Assembly (NCBI GenBank): GCA_052168235.1
Contig: JBQLZK010000002.1
Location: 96,001-160,000 of the forward strand
Direction: 5' to 3'
Origin: Thainema sp.
GTDB taxonomy: Bacteria; Cyanobacteriota; Cyanobacteriia; Phormidesmidales; Phormidesmidaceae
DNA: 64,000 bases
Shown in pieces: positions 60,515 to 64,000 of the stretch. Each line of letters begins with the position of its first letter. Position 1 is the first letter of the stretch. Position numbers and translations under genes: made by a program. The notes under the pieces are model-generated. The model did no database searches and was not told where the DNA came from. It was given only the letters and a program-made list of their open reading frames with translations.

Positions 60515-62098
60515 TTATGACTCGATCCGTTGGAATACGGGCTTGGCTTCACCCAAGGCTTGTCCCGCGGGCAAAAAGCCCCACTGCGCGTGATCCCGAT
60601 GATGTGCGATCGCACCAATTTCGTGGTTACTGAAATCAATTCCGTGAAAACCGAGTTGCGAATATACCTCGGTACTGATATCGGGAATTAGGGGGGACAG
60701 TAAGTAAGCTGCTAATCGCACGCTTTCCAGCACCGCATACAGAATTTCTTCCACAGCAGCTTGTTCACCCTGCTTGAACTTTGTCCAGGGTGCTTCTTCA
60801 TCTAAATACTTGTTACTCGCACGGACGACACCTAGAACCGCTTGAGCGGCGGTGCTAAATGAGAGACTGTCGTAAGCCGCAAAGACTTCTTCGGCTAAGG
60901 TTTGGCTCTTGGACTTGAGCATGTTGTCAACCGAAATCTGGTTAGCGTTAACGTTGGGGACGTTGCGATCGCAGTATTTGTACGCCATCCGCAGCGTGCG
61001 ATTGAGCAAGTTGCCCAAGTCGTTAGCGAGATCGGCATTGAGCACGTTGATAAAGCGCTGCTCATTGAAGTCGCCATCGCGACCGAACTCAATTTCCTTC
61101 ATGAAGTAGTAGCGCACGGCGTCGGCTCCGTACTGATCCACCAGATCAAACGGATTCAGCGTATTGCCCAAGCTCTTGCCCATTTTTTGACCGTCTTTGG
61201 TCAAAAAGCCGTGTCCAAATACGCGCGGCGGCAGCGGCAAGTCCGCCGACATCAGCATGGCGGGCCAGTAAACCGCATGGAAGCGCAGAATGTCCTTACC
61301 AATCAGGTGAATATTAATCGGCCACCAGCGCTTGAGCGCATTCTCTAGCGTTGGCTCATCTTCGGGTTCAAGTAATGCCGTGATGTAGCCCAACAGCGCA
61401 TCAAACCAAACGTACAGTGTATGCTTCTCGTCGGTTGGTACAGGAAAGCCCCAGTCCAGATTGACCCGTGAAATGGAAAAGTCCTGTAAACCACCAGAAA
61501 CGAAACTCAGCACCTCATTGCGACGGCTGACAGGCTGAATAAAATCAGGATTTGCTTGGTAATAGTCTTCAAGCTGCTGCTGATATTGAGAAAGCCGGAA
61601 GAAATAGTTTTCTTCATCGCGCCATTCGGCGGACTGATTGGTGTGAATAGCGCAGCGATGATCGTCTAGTAGCTCACGCTCTTCTTTAAACTCTTCACAG
61701 GAGACACAGTACCAACCCTGCTGGCGGTCTAGATAGATATCCCCTTTCTGCCAGACGCGATCAAAAAATTCATTCACAATCGCGAGATGGCGCTCTGCCG
61801 TCGTGCGGCTGAAGCGGTCATATTGAATATTTAGCCGCTGCCATAGGTCTTTGAAGCCCTCGGCAATTTGGTCACAGTGCTCTTGGGGAGAGCGATTCAG
61901 GCTTTGGGCCTTGCGCTCAATTTTTTGCCCATGTTCATCTGTGCCTGTAATCATCAGTGTGGGACGATGGCGCAGCCGCTGCGATCGCGAAATCACGTCT
62001 GCGGCAATGGTGGTGTAGGCACTCCCAATATGCGGCAGATCGTTAACGTAATAGAGCGGTGTTGTAATAGAAAACGGAGATTCAGGCGCAGAACTCAT
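60515..62098 (-). CDS. metG: Methionine--tRNA ligase
   Basis: 'TTPLYYVN..PHIGSAY', 'TGTDEHG', 'YVWFDAL', 'GKDILRFH', 'KMGKSLGN'. Confidence 0.98.
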   Translation of the reverse strand: MSSAPESPFSITTPLYYVNDLPHIGSAYTTIAADVISRSQRLRHRPTLMITGTDEHGQKIERKAQSLNRSPQEHCDQIAEGFKDLWQRLNIQYDRFSRTTAERHLAIVNEFFDRVWQKGDIYLDRQQGWYCVSCEEFKEERELLDDHRCAIHTNQSAEWRDEENYFFRLSQYQQQLEDYYQANPDFIQPVSRRNEVLSFVSGGLQDFSISRVNLDWGFPVPTDEKHTLYVWFDALLGYITALLEPEDEPTLENALKRWWPINIHLIGKDILRFHAVYWPAMLMSADLPLPPRVFGHGFLTKDGQKMGKSLGNTLNPFDLVDQYGADAVRYYFMKEIEFGRDGDFNEQRFINVLNADLANDLGNLLNRTLRMAYKYCDRNVPNVNANQISVDNMLKSKSQTLAEEVFAAYDSLSFSTAAQAVLGVVRASNKYLDEEAPWTKFKQGEQAAVEEILYAVLESVRLAAYLLSPLIPDISTEVYSQLGFHGIDFSNHEIGAIAHHRDHAQWGFLPAGQALGEAKPVFQRIES

Positions 62099-62572
62099 GA
62101 AGGCTTATTAAAGACAAAACAATTTAAACTATCGGCATCTCAATCCCAGGTCGAACCAAACGTCAGAGCGAAGGTCGGATTTTAAGGGATTGATTCTTTA
62201 TTATTCTTATATAAGGATACAAAACTAAAGGATACAAAATAAATATCACTCTGTTGCCTGCCGTGCTGATGACAGCAAAAATGGTTGAAAAGCAGCTAAT
62301 CCATAGTTGTCTCACAGCAAGATTGACCAGTTTACGTGGTTAGAACCTATTTGTCAGCCATAATCTTTAACGAAGTATTCAGAATTTATGCCAAGTGTGA
62401 TGGGTCGCTGGCCGATAATCTTAATGATTACTTCGGGATTGGAGGGGCGACACGCAGAGCGTACTGGCGGTATACAATCGAAAACACTGACTGAGTTAAA
62501 CCAACTCGTTAAACAAAGCCGTTAAGCGAACTGAGTCAGTTGCTGATTGATATGAAGGATGTCGCTGTACCC

Positions 62573-62755
62573 ATGACCACTCATTTCATTACCGCCGAAA
62601 TTGACTTACAAGCTTCACCTGCCGAAACGCAGAAAGCCATTGAAGCCGAACTCAGCAAGCGAGGAGAACCCTTGCGCTGGGCCGTTGCCAAAGTAGACGA
62701 CGAGCAGAACAAAGTTCAGGTTGAAGCAGTTGTCACAACAGATGCTGCTCAGTAA
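62573..62755 (+). CDS. Small conserved hypothetical protein (60 aa)
   Basis: MTTHFITAEIDLQ...'GEPLRWAV'...'VEAVVT'. Confidence 0.7.
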   Translation: MTTHFITAEIDLQASPAETQKAIEAELSKRGEPLRWAVAKVDDEQNKVQVEAVVTTDAAQ

Positions 62756-62825
62756 GTTTCTAATCCTTCTGTAGGTTGGGTTGACGAAGGAAACCCAACA
62801 TTACACGCAACCTCAGTTCTCCAGA

Positions 62826-63118
62826 CTACTGCTTGTACACATCTGAATAGTCCTTCTAAATCCCGGACTGATCCCCCTAAATCCCCCTCAAAAAGGGGAA
62901 CTTTGAGCAGGTCCCTTTTTAAGGGTAGGGCTGATTCTCTAGCAGAATAATAATTCTGTAACTCCCAATTTATGGTTCTTTGCCAAAACGGGTTGAACGA
63001 GGAAATAGGACTTACGAGCATTTTCTTTTTTTAGAGAATCAGCCCTACCTTTTTAAGGGGGGCTAGGGGGGATCTCAACGTCGAAACGAAGTCTAGGAGA
63101 TTTATGTATAAACAGTAG
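62826..63118. mobile_element. MITE with 10-bp target-site duplication
   Basis: TIRs ctactgcttgtaca/tgtataaacagtag; flanked by gttctccaga at 62816-62825 and 63119-63128; homologous to 48893-49056. Confidence 0.9.
62926..63047. mobile_element. Inner 122-bp MITE with 16-bp TIRs
   Basis: tagggctgattctcta...tagagaatcagcccta flanked by direct repeat cctttttaaggg (62914-62925, 63048-63059); absent from the 48893 copy. Confidence 0.88.
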
Positions 63119-63197
63119 GTTCTCCAGAAGAGATGTTGGGTTTCGCCAGCTCAACCCAACCTGCAAACTATGTCAAAACTTAAGTAGCAAGTTCTTT

Positions 63198-64000
63198 GTG
63201 AATTCTAGTTCTCTGACCAGATCCTATACCGCACTGCTCGTGATTCCGACCGGGATCGGAGCAGCAATTGGTGGCTATGCAGGCGATGCGCTGCCCGTGG
63301 TGCGGGCCATGTCCCAAGTGTGCGATCGCATTATTACCCATCCCAACGTGCTCAATGGGGCGCAGCTCTACTGGCCACTGCCCCAAGCCTGGTACGTCGA
63401 GGGCTACGGATTAGACCAGTTCGCAGCAGGCAACTGGGGATTGCAGCCCGTTCACCGTAACCGGATTGGGTTACTGCTGGATCAGGGCATTGAGCCGGAT
63501 CTACGGCTGCGGCATTTGCAAGCGGCTGATGCGACGCGGGCGACATTGGGACTGGATTTAACTGATTATGTTGTCACTGATGCACCTTTGGGCGTTGAGT
63601 TGCGCACATCCGAATCCGGCGCAACCTGGGGCACGATTCAGCGACCCGATAGTTTGCTCAGAGCGGCAGAGAAATTGATTCAAGAGGCTGGGGCAACTGC
63701 GATCGCAGTTGTGGCTCGCTTTCCAGATGACGAAGGCAGTCCTGCGCTGCAAGCCTACCGCATGGGCCAAGGCGTTGATCCCCTGGCTGGAGCAGAAGCC
63801 GTAATCAGCCATCTGGTCGTGCGTCAGTTCCAGATTCCCTGCGCCCACGCTCCCGCACTCCGTCCCCTAGACCTCGATCCCGATCTCTCTCCTCGTTCCG
63901 CTGCCGAAGAGTTGGGGTATACATTCCTGCCTTGTGTTCTAGCTGGACTTAGCCGCGCCCCGCAGTTCGTCGCGTCTCAGTCAACCTCTACGCCAGCAAC
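63198..64000 (+). CDS. DUF3326 family protein (partial, runs off window)
   Basis: Not in track; 'LVIPTGIGAAIGGYAGDALP', 'ITHPNVLNGA.LYW', 'YVEGYGLD', 'GVDPLAGAEAVISHL'. Confidence 0.88.
   Translation, partial: MNSSSLTRSYTALLVIPTGIGAAIGGYAGDALPVVRAMSQVCDRIITHPNVLNGAQLYWPLPQAWYVEGYGLDQFAAGNWGLQPVHRNRIGLLLDQGIEPDLRLRHLQAADATRATLGLDLTDYVVTDAPLGVELRTSESGATWGTIQRPDSLLRAAEKLIQEAGATAIAVVARFPDDEGSPALQAYRMGQGVDPLAGAEAVISHLVVRQFQIPCAHAPALRPLDLDPDLSPRSAAEELGYTFLPCVLAGLSRAPQFVASQSTSTPA

Larger units (their letters stand above)
62770..63165. repeat. REPIN-like doublet split by MITE insertion
   Basis: Halves at 62770-62800 (tgtaggttgggttgacgaaggaaacccaaca) and 63134-63165 (tgttgggtttcgccagctcaacccaacctgca). 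Confidence 0.85.

Noticed and set aside
62749..63021. 90-aa minus-strand ORF in the track
   Set aside because: It spans the nested MITE/REP structure and is a spurious translation of repeats.
1..64000. Dense GCGATCGC octamers as a novel repeat or CRISPR array
   Set aside because: This is the well-known HIP1 palindrome; no regularly spaced direct repeats with spacers were found in the window.

Overview
Chromosomal segment of a cyanobacterium: the HIP1 octamer GCGATCGC is very frequent, and psbX, psb34, ycf46, ycf66, chlM and sigF are present. The genus cannot be determined from this window. Most of it is core genome: the rpmH-rnpA-PH-yidC-jag-yceD-ycf46 cluster, sbcC, a two-component pair, amt, purE, nagA, chlM, sigF, wza, ldhA, tRNA-Leu(GAG), accC, mnmG, a solitary sepF, argC, tRNA-Ser(GCT), a GT4 glycosyltransferase, pckA, dusB, trmL, a LabA-type NYN protein and metG. 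Two regions are accessory or decaying. One is a multiply disrupted substrate-binding/histidine-kinase pseudogene at about 36.1-38.2 kb. The other is a small conflict/TA-like island at about 48.9-54.0 kb. It holds a 93-aa ORF with a structured leader and a predicted SymR-like antisense RNA (candidate type I TA-like cassette), an AT-rich KAP NTPase, a small-protein plus aspartic-protease pair, a nonsense-disrupted kinase-like gene and a BrnT toxin with its core deleted. Non-coding DNA carries GTAG-type REP/REPIN repeats, a MITE family, a three-level nested REPIN>MITE>MITE insertion with intact target-site duplications (62.8-63.2 kb), and two unrelated perfect 24-bp palindromes sharing a c-GGA-g loop. 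Several real small genes are missing from the supplied ORF track (rpmH, psbX, psb34, a 55-aa membrane protein, the BrnT remnant, DUF3326). All product calls come from motif recognition, not database searches.
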